A stretch of 64,000 nucleotides of DNA from IMG/VR virus record IMGVR_UViG_3300035241_000016, positions 1 to 64,000 of that record; one strand, given 5' to 3'. Of the stretch, positions 1 through 7,982 are shown piece after piece (the stretch's first letter is position 1; each line of letters opens with the position of its first letter). The notes beneath the pieces are model-generated. The model searched no databases. It was not told the origin of the DNA and saw only the letters and a program-made list of their open reading frames with translations. The position numbers and the translations under genes were made by a program. The DNA is from a virus (Duplodnaviria; Heunggongvirae; Uroviricota; Caudoviricetes).

Positions 1-943
1 CGCCCCAGCCCACCTTGCGGTTGGTCCAGTAGCCGAACATCAGGCCGGGCGCCTGGAAGTAGGGCACCTGCTTGTAGCCGTGCTGCCACTGGGCCACCTG
101 CTGGGCCGCGTTGCCGACGCCGCTTATGAGGTACGTGCACCAGGTGTTGTCCCAGTGCTCGATGAAGGTCACGTCCCTGGTCCCGCCCAGGCTGCGCAGC
201 TCCGACTCGGACGTGCCGCGGCCGGTCTCGTCGGGCACGATGTCGCCGTTCTCCACCCGCAGCCGATGCTCCCGCAGGGCCGAGAACAGCGGCCGGCGGG
301 TGACCTCGATCACCTCGGTGAGGCGCGTGCCCGACCACAGGGGATAGACCGTGAGCGGGTCCACGTTCACCCAGATGAAGGGCGGCCCGGCATCGCGCTT
401 GGCATCCTCGGTGCGGCGGTTGTACTCGCCGGCGGGCAGCTTGCCCTTGCCGGCCACGGGCTGGCCGTCGTCGTCCAGCGGCTCGCGGCGCAGGCGGTAG
501 CGCTCGTCCCACAGGTCGCGCTGGAACAGGAGCTTGGTCCAGGCGCCGCCATCGCCCACGCAGCAGTCCACGGCGGCGGCGAACGTATCCAGCCCGGCGA
601 TGCGCCGGCCAGCGGCCAGCAGGGTGGCCTGCGTCCACTCCTCGCGCAGGGTGCTGTTGGCCTGGGCGCCCTCGCTGGCGTTCACGCCCGAGGAGGGCGT
701 GACGAAGCACTTGGGCGGGTTCAGCGCCAGGATGGCCGAGCGCCGGCCGATCTCCGCGGCAACGTCCGGATCGCGCACCTCGATGTCGACGACGCGCTGC
801 TCGAGCGCCACCGGCTGGCGCAGCTCGCGGACCTTGCGCATGCGCTCGATCTGGTCGTCCTGCTCGCGGAACGCCTCAGTCAGCTCATCCTTGAGGCGCA
901 GGATGTACGCGGCATCCGGCGGCGCCAGCTTTGCCCGGGCCAT
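1..943 (-). CDS. phage structural protein, possibly portal (start ~943; 3' end lies beyond window start)
   Basis: Minus-strand frame from ATG ~943 (MARAKLAPPDAAYILRLKDELTEAFREQDD...) has protein-like composition and strong GC3 bias. The listed + ORF 80..952 is Ala/Arg/Gly-rich antisense. Same orientation as, and downstream of, the terminase block. Confidence 0.45.
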   Translation of the reverse strand, partial: MARAKLAPPDAAYILRLKDELTEAFREQDDQIERMRKVRELRQPVALEQRVVDIEVRDPDVAAEIGRRSAILALNPPKCFVTPSSGVNASEGAQANSTLREEWTQATLLAAGRRIAGLDTFAAAVDCCVGDGGAWTKLLFQRDLWDERYRLRREPLDDDGQPVAGKGKLPAGEYNRRTEDAKRDAGPPFIWVNVDPLTVYPLWSGTRLTEVIEVTRRPLFSALREHRLRVENGDIVPDETGRGTSESELRSLGGTRDVTFIEHWDNTWCTYLISGVGNAAQQVAQWQHGYKQVPYFQAPGLMFGYWTNRKVGWG

Positions 944-1169
944 TCAAGGTGAGGGTAGTCCGCAAGGGCACCGCACGGCGGATACGGCCGGCAGCGGCCG
1001 ACAGGTCCAGCACCAGGACACCGCGGTCTGCTCAGTGAGTCGTGCCAGCCCTCGCGCCTCGAGGCGGTGACCTCACTTCCACCTGGCCCCGCTCATGTCC
1101 CCCGACGTCCAAAGCAGGGGGTACGTCCTAGGGGGCAGCATGCCCCCTGGACACCTAAATCCGTCCTCC

Positions 1170-1440
1170 CCCGTAATACTCCGTAATCCCGTTTTCGGGG
1201 GGCGTAACCCCGTAGCCTAAAGACGGGGTTCCCCGCGCGCGCGTGTTCATACCGTGCTTCTGAGCTCGCGAAATATTCCGTAATGCCATTACGGTCGCCT
1301 AATACGCTCGCCCGCTATACCGTAATATTACGAAATACATTACGCCCTGATTTTGAGCTCGCTACTCTGCTCGCTTGCGTAATACTGCCCCGATTCGACG
1401 ACGCCCGCTTGCGTAATGGCATTACGGAATATTACGGTCG
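1170..1440. repeat. cluster of CGTAAT(G)/CATTACG half-sites including two perfect palindromes CGTAATGNCATTACG arranged as a ~150-bp inverted repeat
   Basis: ...cccccgtaatactccgtaatcccgttttcggggggcgtaacc... aatattccgtaatgccattacgg ... ccgtaatattacgaaatacattacgcc ... gcgtaatggcattacggaatattacgg; in the divergent intergenic region between the portal-like gene and hicA. Confidence 0.6.
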
Positions 1441-1489
1441 GCCTTGCGGCGATGTCTCACTTCCGCTCTGACGGGGACTGACGCAATCT

Positions 1490-1520
1490 ATTGACATTGT
1501 ATGTAGATTCTGGTAAACTG
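1490..1520 (+). promoter_or_regulatory. near-consensus sigma70-type promoter (TTGACA-N17-TAAACT) upstream of hicA; a second TTGACA follows
   Basis: Seen directly: ttgacattgtatgtagattctggtaaact, then GGGGATAGG SD 9 nt before the hicA ATG. Locally AT-rich in a high-GC genome. Confidence 0.5.
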
Positions 1521-1548
1521 TTGACACAGTACGGGGATAGGTGCCAGA

Positions 1549-1767
1549 ATGAACATCCGAGACATTGCCAAAGCAGCCGAGGACCAAGGCTGGACCGTCA
1601 GCCGCAACAAGCAGCAACACTGGGTGTTCCTACCGCCGACCAAGGAGCAAGGCGGGCCGTACGTCTACTCGGGCACGCCGAGTGACTGGCGGAGCATCCG
1701 CAACTTCCTGGCCCATGCTCGTCGCGGCGGCCTGGTATATCCGGTGAACAAGAAGGGATCGAAGTAA
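1549..1767 (+). CDS. hicA: HicA-family mRNA interferase toxin
   Basis: 72 aa; DIAKAAEDQGWTVSRNKQQHWVFLPPTKE matches the HicA/YcfA consensus (xLxKdGWxlvRqkGSHrqfkhP) including the conserved His. Overlaps the next gene (TAATG). Confidence 0.7.
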   Translation: MNIRDIAKAAEDQGWTVSRNKQQHWVFLPPTKEQGGPYVYSGTPSDWRSIRNFLAHARRGGLVYPVNKKGSK

Positions 1768-2243
1768 TGGATTGGGTAGTTACGCTGGAGTTCGACCAGC
1801 TGATCGATGCGGACCGCTGTGACGAACTGCTGGAGCAGCTCCGGCCACAGGCGGCCAGTATTGAGCAGGCGCCAGACCACACTGGCATCATCCTCAGCGT
1901 CGACGGCCTTGAGGGTGATGCCGAGGCAGCGCTGCGGTGCGCCCGGGGTTATGCCGCCGGCATCCCTGGCCGCCTGGTAGGCGCCCAGGTGCAGACGGCC
2001 GCGGCGCTCGAGCGCGAGCTGCAGCAGCCGCAGGTCCCGGAGCTCGGCGGCGTGACCGAGTTCGCGGAGTTGCTGGGCCTGTCGCGGCAGCGCGCCTGGG
2101 GCATCAGCCAGAAGCCGGACTTCCCGGCGCCGATCATGGAGCTCGCCGCGGGCCCGGTGTGGTTGCGCAGCCAGCTGGAACACTGGGCCAACACGCACGA
2201 GCGCAAGCCCGGGCGGCCGCCAAAGGTTGCAGTAGAGGCTTAG
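1767..2243 (+). CDS. hicB: HicB-like antitoxin candidate with C-terminal excisionase/AlpA-type HTH
   Basis: 158 aa, translationally coupled to hicA. C-terminal half (VTEFAELLGLSRQRAWGISQKPDFPAPIMELAAGPVWLRSQLEHWA) is an AlpA/Xis-type HTH. N-terminal fold assignment is tentative. Confidence 0.5.
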   Translation: MDWVVTLEFDQLIDADRCDELLEQLRPQAASIEQAPDHTGIILSVDGLEGDAEAALRCARGYAAGIPGRLVGAQVQTAAALERELQQPQVPELGGVTEFAELLGLSRQRAWGISQKPDFPAPIMELAAGPVWLRSQLEHWANTHERKPGRPPKVAVEA

Positions 2244-2244
2244 G

Positions 2245-2463
2245 TTATAGCCGCGGCTTGCCGGGCTTGTCTCGCCACCGTTGCCAGGCCTCCCACTCGG
2301 CGCGCGACACACCATGCTGCTGGGCGACATCGGCAGTCAACCGCTGCCGCTCCAGGTCGTAGGGATCTTCGGTGTAGGCTCCGCCGCTGAGCAATTCCCG
2401 CAGCACGATGTCGACGGCCGCTGGCGCTCGCAGGGTTTGGGCCTCCAGATGGCGAAAGGTCAC
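2245..2463 (-). CDS. small putative DNA-binding protein (GTG start)
   Basis: The frame ending 2245 encodes ...VDIVLRELLSGGAYTEDPYDLERQRLTADVAQQHGVSRAEWEAW... The listed 104-aa ORF has a junk N-terminus; a GTG start overlapping a small upstream ORF is inferred. Confidence 0.3.
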   Translation of the reverse strand: MTFRHLEAQTLRAPAAVDIVLRELLSGGAYTEDPYDLERQRLTADVAQQHGVSRAEWEAWQRWRDKPGKPRL

Positions 2464-2630
2464 GATGGGAACCGCTGGGGCGCGAACTGGGCGATGTCCG
2501 CGGCCGTGGTGCTGTACCGATCCCGCGCGTCTGCCATGACAGTAGCAGCATAGCGGCATCCAGGCTGTCCATCGGTGCAGGCAATCCGCACTGGCTTATA
2601 GAACACGCGAGCTAGGACTAATAGGCAGTA

Positions 2631-2672
2631 TTGACAACGCACCAACCAGGGTGTACGCTGTCTGCAGACAGC
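2631..2672 (+). promoter_or_regulatory. promoter-like TTGACA-N17-TACGCT overlapped by the perfect 14-bp palindrome CTGTCTGCAGACAG (operator candidate)
   Basis: Seen in sequence upstream of the Zn-ribbon operon starting 2742 (AGGAG SD before its ATG). Confidence 0.4.
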
Positions 2673-2741
2673 GGAAGAGGCCACCAGGCGGCAACCCGAT
2701 GACCTCCACTTCACCCGCTGCCACTGTTAGGAGCAGTGACA

Positions 2742-2975
2742 ATGAACAAGGCTATCAGCCTCGCACCCGGCACACGCTGCCACAGCGGCGTAACCGGCCT
2801 CCCACTCGATCACGACGCTACGGGCTGGCTGTGCGCCCCCAATGGCTCGCGAGGTCCCGCTATGTGCCAGGAACATGCCTACGAAGTCATCCACGAATAC
2901 GCCGAGAAGTTGGGCGAGCAATGGACCTGGCAATCCGCCGGCGGCACCCACTATGCACCGATGGCCCGCTCATGA
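2742..2975 (+). CDS. small Cys-containing protein (first gene of coupled operon)
   Basis: ATG preceded by AGGAG. MNKAISLAPGTRCHSGVTGL...; inside listed ORF 2736..2975. Confidence 0.5.
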   Translation: MNKAISLAPGTRCHSGVTGLPLDHDATGWLCAPNGSRGPAMCQEHAYEVIHEYAEKLGEQWTWQSAGGTHYAPMARS

Positions 2976-3127
2976 CCTGCCAGCACCCACCGACGCGCCT
3001 CTACTCCTGGTTCGCCTTCGATGGCACCTGGTGCGTGTGCTGCTGCCAGTGCCGCAAGGTCCTCCGTGGCGCAGCACCCGAAACCCCTGCAGCGTGGGTG
3101 GCCGAACAGGCAAGGCTGGTGCGCTGA
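2972..3127 (+). CDS. small Cys-rich protein (CVCCCQC)
   Basis: ATGA overlap with upstream stop; MTCQHPPTRLYSWFAFDGTWCVCCCQCRKV... Confidence 0.45.
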   Translation: MTCQHPPTRLYSWFAFDGTWCVCCCQCRKVLRGAAPETPAAWVAEQARLVR

Positions 3128-3381
3128 TGAGCAGCGCTTACACGTCGGATGGCAAGCGCCGTTCGTCCCAGACCCACGCAAGACGGGCTCACACCTGCGT
3201 CTGCGGGAAAGTGACGCACGGCAATGGCGGCAGGAGCAGTCATCAACGCGCCTGCCCTGAGTACATCGCTCGTTACGGCTGTCCTGCCTGCAAAAGCACT
3301 CGCATGAAGTACCACCATAAGCCCGACGACTGGCGCTGTGAGGACTGCGGGGCCTGGCGGCGCAGCGAGACGAACCTATGA
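3128..3381 (+). CDS. zinc-ribbon protein (multiple CxxC)
   Basis: TGATG junction; MSSAYTSDGKRR...CVCGK...CPACKS...CEDCG. Confidence 0.5.
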
Positions 3382-3572
3382 AGATCTGCAAGCACTGCGG
3401 CGGCATTGACCACTACTGGAACGAACGACCAGCGTGCGAAGCGGCGGTCATGCTTGGATGCCCACCCCGTCCCGGCTGGACATGCCCTTACTGCGGTGTA
3501 CGGATCGCTGGCGACAACGGCACCGCCAAGGCGCGGCATCTCCACGACGTCCATATGAAAGCCGCTGCGTGA
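3378..3572 (+). CDS. zinc-ribbon protein
   Basis: ATGA overlap; MKICKHCGG...CPYCG. Confidence 0.55.
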   Translation: MKICKHCGGIDHYWNERPACEAAVMLGCPPRPGWTCPYCGVRIAGDNGTAKARHLHDVHMKAAA

Positions 3573-3820
3573 CCCTCCCCGCCGCCGAAGCCCGTGCACG
3601 CCGCAGGGCCAAAGGACTGTGTACAGAAGATGCTGTGGCGGTCAATCTGGCCCTAGGTCGCATCTTCGGCATGATGCATCGGCCCCACAAGCCAGGCGAT
3701 GATATCGAATATGAGCGCTGCCGTGCGATCGTCCTCGACTCATTGGACGGCCGCTATGTAGTCCGCGACGATAGGCCAAATTACGCAACCTCTTACGGCA
3801 AGGGCGCGGCGGGTGCCTGA
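3569..3820 (+). CDS. hypothetical protein (GTG start, GTGA overlap)
   Basis: GTG overlapping upstream TGA; VTLPAAEARARRRAKGLCTEDAVAVNLALGRIFGMMHRPHKPGDDIEYERCRAIVL... Confidence 0.4.
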   Translation: MTLPAAEARARRRAKGLCTEDAVAVNLALGRIFGMMHRPHKPGDDIEYERCRAIVLDSLDGRYVVRDDRPNYATSYGKGAAGA

Positions 3821-4026
3821 TGAACCGTACCGCCAAGGTCCGCCGCCGCTACCGTGCGGAGGGCCGGTGTACCTACTGCCCGGCCCCTGCAGTCCAGGGC
3901 CGCGCTTTGTGCGAGCACCACGCGGCTATCAACCGGCAGAAGGCCCGAGAACGGCGCCAGGCACAGAAGCGCCCCGCGGATAGACGTCAGGCGACAGCCG
4001 AGCGCGCCGGCGGTTCTGAGACCTAG
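3820..4026 (+). CDS. small Zn-binding basic protein
   Basis: ATGA overlap; MNRTAKVRRRYRAEGRCTYCPAP...CEHH. Confidence 0.5.
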   Translation: MNRTAKVRRRYRAEGRCTYCPAPAVQGRALCEHHAAINRQKARERRQAQKRPADRRQATAERAGGSET

Positions 4027-4072
4027 ACGGCTGCCTTTGAGGCGGCCCCGCACGTCACTTGTCCGCAGTGGA

Positions 4073-4273
4073 TCACGACAGCGAGTGCTCCCCGGCCCCG
4101 ATATCTCCGTCATCATCTGGCCAGTGATTGTCCACGACGCCCCACAGGCCTTCTTCGTCCCACCACTCCGACCAAGATCCATCCGGCGCAACGTCACGCC
4201 ACTGCGGGAACTCGGACCAGCGTCCGCCGCTGAGTCCCTTTAGCCAGCGAGACTGCCACGCCTGGTATCCCAT
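4073..4273 (-). CDS. hypothetical Trp-rich small protein
   Basis: 66 aa, abuts the next gene; W-rich (SRWLKGLSGGRWSEFPQWRD...). Confidence 0.4.
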   Translation of the reverse strand: MGYQAWQSRWLKGLSGGRWSEFPQWRDVAPDGSWSEWWDEEGLWGVVDNHWPDDDGDIGAGEHSLS

Positions 4274-4474
4274 TTAGACGCCGGGCAGCCAACCAGTGGC
4301 CTGGATGACGCTCATGAGCGCGAGAATGCCAGCCGCGATGACCACCGGGACCAGCAATAGGCCCCCAGCGGGACATAGCTGCAGGGGATTCGATAGCCGC
4401 GGGTCGGGCATCCTGCTCTTGCCGCCGTCAGCCGCCCTTTTCTCCGTGTTCATGTCATGCCCGCCGTAACCCAC
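4274..4474 (-). CDS. small membrane protein
   Basis: Hydrophobic helix LLLVPVVIAAGILALMSVIQA. Confidence 0.4.
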   Translation of the reverse strand: MGYGGHDMNTEKRAADGGKSRMPDPRLSNPLQLCPAGGLLLVPVVIAAGILALMSVIQATGWLPGV

Positions 4475-4492
4475 TCTCGCAGGCGTGCCAGA

Positions 4493-5002
4493 TCACAGAA
4501 GTGCTCCGCCTGGAGGCGCCACAGCGACATTCATCACCGCTCCCCCCTCCTGCGTGGCTCGCCTAGCCAGCGCGGCACCCTTCGCGATCACCGCGGTTCT
4601 ACCGTGTTGTAGGCACCCCAAGGCCAACGTGGCAACCGCTGCAGGTCCGCCACGGTGGATGGTGTCGGCTACGTCGCGGAGCGCGGCCTCTTCGGTGGCG
4701 TACTCTCCAATGACATTGCCCGTTTGCAGCTCCATTAGTTCATAGGGGCTCGCCCCGCCGACGGCGAGCGGCAGGCCTGGGACGACATCCTCAAGTGGCA
4801 CCTGCCCAGGCATTCGCACAGCCTTTGACCACGGCATGAATGTCACGAGCAAAGCGACATCGTGGGCACGGGCTATCTCCATCAACTGCCTAACGTCATG
4901 GTCCTCTGCCGGGTCAAGGCCAACCATCGCCAACGTCCGAGCAATGTCCGCATCGTTTATTTCACGACGCTTCGTACTCCAGAGCGGGTCATTCGACCTC
5001 AT
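4493..5002 (-). CDS. hypothetical protein
   Basis: 169 aa, overlaps the start region of the upstream gene; moderately protein-like. Confidence 0.35.
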   Translation of the reverse strand: MRSNDPLWSTKRREINDADIARTLAMVGLDPAEDHDVRQLMEIARAHDVALLVTFMPWSKAVRMPGQVPLEDVVPGLPLAVGGASPYELMELQTGNVIGEYATEEAALRDVADTIHRGGPAAVATLALGCLQHGRTAVIAKGAALARRATQEGGAVMNVAVAPPGGALL

Positions 5003-5777
5003 GCTCCTGCCTCCTACTGCGCAACAGGTTCCACGTCGACAGCCTTAAGGCGGCCAGGCAGATGGCCTCGGCGGCAGTTGCAGCAGTGACGTGGGCCACG
5101 GGTTCAGCGCCGTGCGCCACGATGCACTCCCAGCGATATTCGGGCAGTGACGACTCCAAGGTGTACGTCGCCACCTTGACCTGGAACCCACCAGCCACCA
5201 TGTGCTCCACCACCTGCCAGGCAGCCGCCATATCGCTGGAGTACTTTTTCAGCCAATGGCCACACTGGCCATGTGCCCACGTACCGGCACAGCGGCACAC
5301 TGGGCGGCCATTTGAGTAGCCCACGGCGCAGCCCAACATCTTCTCCGCCACCAGCGCGTCCAACTCCGGGCCAGCCTTCATGCTCACGGACGAGGCCACG
5401 GGAATACGCCCGGCGCCGCCGTCGTGGCGCTGCAGGGCCGTCAGGCCTTTGCCGGTGATGACGAACACGGGCTTCTGGGCCTTGCGGGTCTGGCCGTGGC
5501 CGACGGGCACGTCCACCGAACGCGGCGGGAGCTCGCGGATGAGGCCATCCTCCTTCATGCGCTTGAGCACAAAGAAGGTGGTGCTGCCGTCTAGTTCAGA
5601 CAGGGGGTGCGCCGCCTGCAGTTGGTCGATGATCTCGATGCCCGAAAGCGCGGTCCGCGGCCGGGCCAGCACACGCAGAATGGTCCACGACGGGTCACCG
5701 TTGCGGCGGAAGATGCGCTTAAGCTCGGGCTCGGGCACCTCCTCGGCGCGCACGTCCTCGAGATGCGCCTGATTCAT
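4989..5777 (-). CDS. PadR-like winged-HTH fused to phage ABA-sandwich-like domain (paralog 1 of 3)
   Basis: Start re-placed at MNQAHLED (listed ORF has a junk N-terminus). TILRVLARPRTALSGIEIIDQL...FFVLKRMKEDGLIRE is a PadR-type wHTH. C-terminal KAGPELDALVAEKMLG...AAAWQVVEHM...AICLAALRL is shared with 9342..9740 and 50276..50746. Confidence 0.55.
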   Translation of the reverse strand: MNQAHLEDVRAEEVPEPELKRIFRRNGDPSWTILRVLARPRTALSGIEIIDQLQAAHPLSELDGSTTFFVLKRMKEDGLIRELPPRSVDVPVGHGQTRKAQKPVFVITGKGLTALQRHDGGAGRIPVASSVSMKAGPELDALVAEKMLGCAVGYSNGRPVCRCAGTWAHGQCGHWLKKYSSDMAAAWQVVEHMVAGGFQVKVATYTLESSLPEYRWECIVAHGAEPVAHVTAATAAEAICLAALRLSTWNLLRSRRQEHEVE

Positions 5778-5787
5778 CGGATCGCTC

Positions 5788-5988
5788 TCATGCTGGTCGT
5801 CTCCAACGTTCGACCTCTCGGCCGTTGATCGTCCGGGTGGTGGTGATGTAGGCCCACGGCTCCTTCCCACACCGATAGCAGCGGAACTTCGCAGCATAGG
5901 CCGGGAGCTTGGTCGGAACCTCGCGCCAGGCATGGCCGAATTCGCGGCAACGCCTACCCTTCGGGAACCGCAGCCTCCGAAGCCTCAT
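5788..5988 (-). CDS. small zinc-ribbon protein
   Basis: CREFGH...CYRCG; ATGA overlap with the terL stop. Confidence 0.45.
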   Translation of the reverse strand: MRLRRLRFPKGRRCREFGHAWREVPTKLPAYAAKFRCYRCGKEPWAYITTTRTINGREVERWRRPA

Positions 5989-7313
5989 CGCCCGTATCCA
6001 TAGCTAGTGGTGGTCGCTGCCTGCGGGCGCAGCTTATGCCCGCCCATCAAGCCGTAGCGCAGGGCATCGACGGCGTGGTCTTCGCCTTCCGTGTTCAGGT
6101 CCTCCACACGGTGTAGGTCGTGGACCTGCGCCGGCAAGGTGCGGATCAGGTTCACGCACGTGTCGAACACCTGCAGCACCGGTTCCTCTGACAGCGCCTG
6201 ATGCACCCGCTGCCAGCCGGCGAGGCGGTCGTTGTTCGCCGGCACCAGGTACACTCCGCCGGCCTGGTAGGCCTGCGCGATTGACGTGCCATTCGGCTGC
6301 GTGTTCCACATCGAGGGGTCGCCATACGAGACGGCGATACGCTCGTTGCCCGACAGTCCCTGAATGGTCATGGCCTGCTCGGTGTCGCGCAGGCCGGTCT
6401 CGTACAGCTCACGGTACACGAACACCTGCCCCTCGGGCGATCGCGCCAGCCACAGGCAGCACATCGGGGCGAAGTGCCCGAAGTCCACTGCCCGCCAGCG
6501 CAGCCACTCCCGCGGGATGGCGAACGGCCGGCACACGTGGATATCGCGGCGCCACTCTGGAAAGTACTGCCCGGCGAAGACGTCCCAGTCGCCGTCCAGC
6601 ATGGCCCGGCGCTCATGATCGGGCAGCATCTGCAGGCGCGCGCGATAGCCGGGGTCGGCCGCCTCGCCGGCCGGGTTGTCGTCGATCTTGGCGAAATGGA
6701 AGCAGCGGTCGACCGGCACGCCGGCTCCATTGGTGATACCCTTGCCGCGGTCATCCAAGACCGTCCAGGGTTCGCAATCGAAGGTGCCGTGGTTGACGAA
6801 CCGTTGACGCACCCAGGCGTGCCCGATGCCACCCGGGTTGAAGGTGGAGCGGGTGTAGGGCTCCAGCTCGGCCACGCCGCTGCGGTTCTGCATCAGCAGG
6901 TAGGTGTACTGGCTCTCGCTGAACTCCTCGAGCTGGTCGAAACCCATGAACTGGTACTCGTGGCCCTGGTAGGCGAACTTGGATTCCTCGTGCTGGCAGT
7001 GCCGCAGCAGCAGCCGGCCGCCGCTGGGGAAGGTCCACACGTGCTCGTCGCCCTTCCAGGTGGCGCCCAGGCCCGGCAGCCACTGCCAGGCGCGATCGAG
7101 CAGCTCCGAGAGGCGTGGGAAGTCGCGCCGGAAGATGACCCCCCGGTAGCGCGGATGATGGCTGTAGCGCGTTGCCTCCATCAGGAGGCCCAGGCTCTTG
7201 CCGCCGAACTTGGCCCCGCCAAAGCCGCTCTCGTAGGCGGGACATTGGTGCCAGGCCTCCTGCTTGGGCTGCGGCCGGTACACCAGCTGCGGCTTCTCGG
7301 CGACGGCGGCCAT
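5985..7313 (-). CDS. terL: terminase large subunit
   Basis: Walker A GGAKFGGKS, DGDWD, C-terminal nuclease motif EDHAVDALRY; Terminase_6-like. Start placed at MAAVAEKPQLVY (TAATG overlap) rather than the listed 7412. Confidence 0.85.
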   Translation of the reverse strand: MAAVAEKPQLVYRPQPKQEAWHQCPAYESGFGGAKFGGKSLGLLMEATRYSHHPRYRGVIFRRDFPRLSELLDRAWQWLPGLGATWKGDEHVWTFPSGGRLLLRHCQHEESKFAYQGHEYQFMGFDQLEEFSESQYTYLLMQNRSGVAELEPYTRSTFNPGGIGHAWVRQRFVNHGTFDCEPWTVLDDRGKGITNGAGVPVDRCFHFAKIDDNPAGEAADPGYRARLQMLPDHERRAMLDGDWDVFAGQYFPEWRRDIHVCRPFAIPREWLRWRAVDFGHFAPMCCLWLARSPEGQVFVYRELYETGLRDTEQAMTIQGLSGNERIAVSYGDPSMWNTQPNGTSIAQAYQAGGVYLVPANNDRLAGWQRVHQALSEEPVLQVFDTCVNLIRTLPAQVHDLHRVEDLNTEGEDHAVDALRYGLMGGHKLRPQAATTTSYGYGR

Positions 7314-7654
7314 TAGGCTTTGGTGCCACCATCGCGGAGCTCGATGAGTTCGTTCACTTGGGGTTCCTCCGCCGTACCATCGGACGGCTCCGCCGGGCGC
7401 TCCAATAGACACAGGGCAACGGCATTGGGGGCGTAGCGTCGGATGGCCTGCTCACACCGCTCGGCTGACGCGAGTAGCATGTGGAATGCTCGCGTGGTCT
7501 CGTGGTCGTTCACCGTGCGGACCATGTCTAGGTCACGGATCAGTGACACCAATCCACAGGCCGCGTGCAGAACGTTCTCCCGCCGCACGTTCTGTATGGC
7601 GCGAAGCTCGTCGTGGTTGACCACTACCTGAAGCGCCGGCCCCTCAGTGGCCAT
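7313..7654 (-). CDS. hypothetical protein directly upstream of terL
   Basis: 113 aa, coupled to terL (TAATG). No recognisable TerS motifs. Confidence 0.4.
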   Translation of the reverse strand: MATEGPALQVVVNHDELRAIQNVRRENVLHAACGLVSLIRDLDMVRTVNDHETTRAFHMLLASAERCEQAIRRYAPNAVALCLLERPAEPSDGTAEEPQVNELIELRDGGTKA

Positions 7655-7982
7655 CGTTGCCCGAGCCTAAGCCTGAGTGCGTCGGCAACGTGGTCCTGGC
7701 TGCCGGAGTCAAGCGCGGGTCCCATTCCGGACGCCATGCTTTGCATGTGCAGGTGTCGAATGGGTAGCCGTGCGAGCACCCCAAAGGTCCGTGTATCCCG
7801 GTGTCGTGTGGGCACTCTGGGCACTCGCTGCCCTTTTCCTCCAGCGCCTTCAACTCCGCCTCCATCGCGGCGGGGAAGCCCAGCCACCCAGCAGCGTCGA
7901 ACCGAGCATTCACGCGGTCGACGAAGGACCGTACGGCCTCCAGTTCACGCGAGCTCATAAGCTCGGTACCGCGGATCGCCAT
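7644..7982 (-). CDS. zinc-binding small protein
   Basis: Real part MAIRGTELMSSRELEAV...CPECPHDTGIHGPLGCSHGYPFDTCTCK; listed ORF 7644..8345 has a junk N-terminal extension. Confidence 0.4.
   Translation of the reverse strand: MAIRGTELMSSRELEAVRSFVDRVNARFDAAGWLGFPAAMEAELKALEEKGSECPECPHDTGIHGPLGCSHGYPFDTCTCKAWRPEWDPRLTPAARTTLPTHSGLGSGNDGH

Noticed and set aside
80-952. 290-aa plus-strand ORF (and overlapping 111..347, 534..1070)
   Set aside because: Ala/Arg/Gly/Leu-dominated, low-complexity composition typical of antisense reading of a GC-rich gene. The opposite strand gives a diverse, codon-biased protein (MARAKLAPPDAAYILRLKDEL...).
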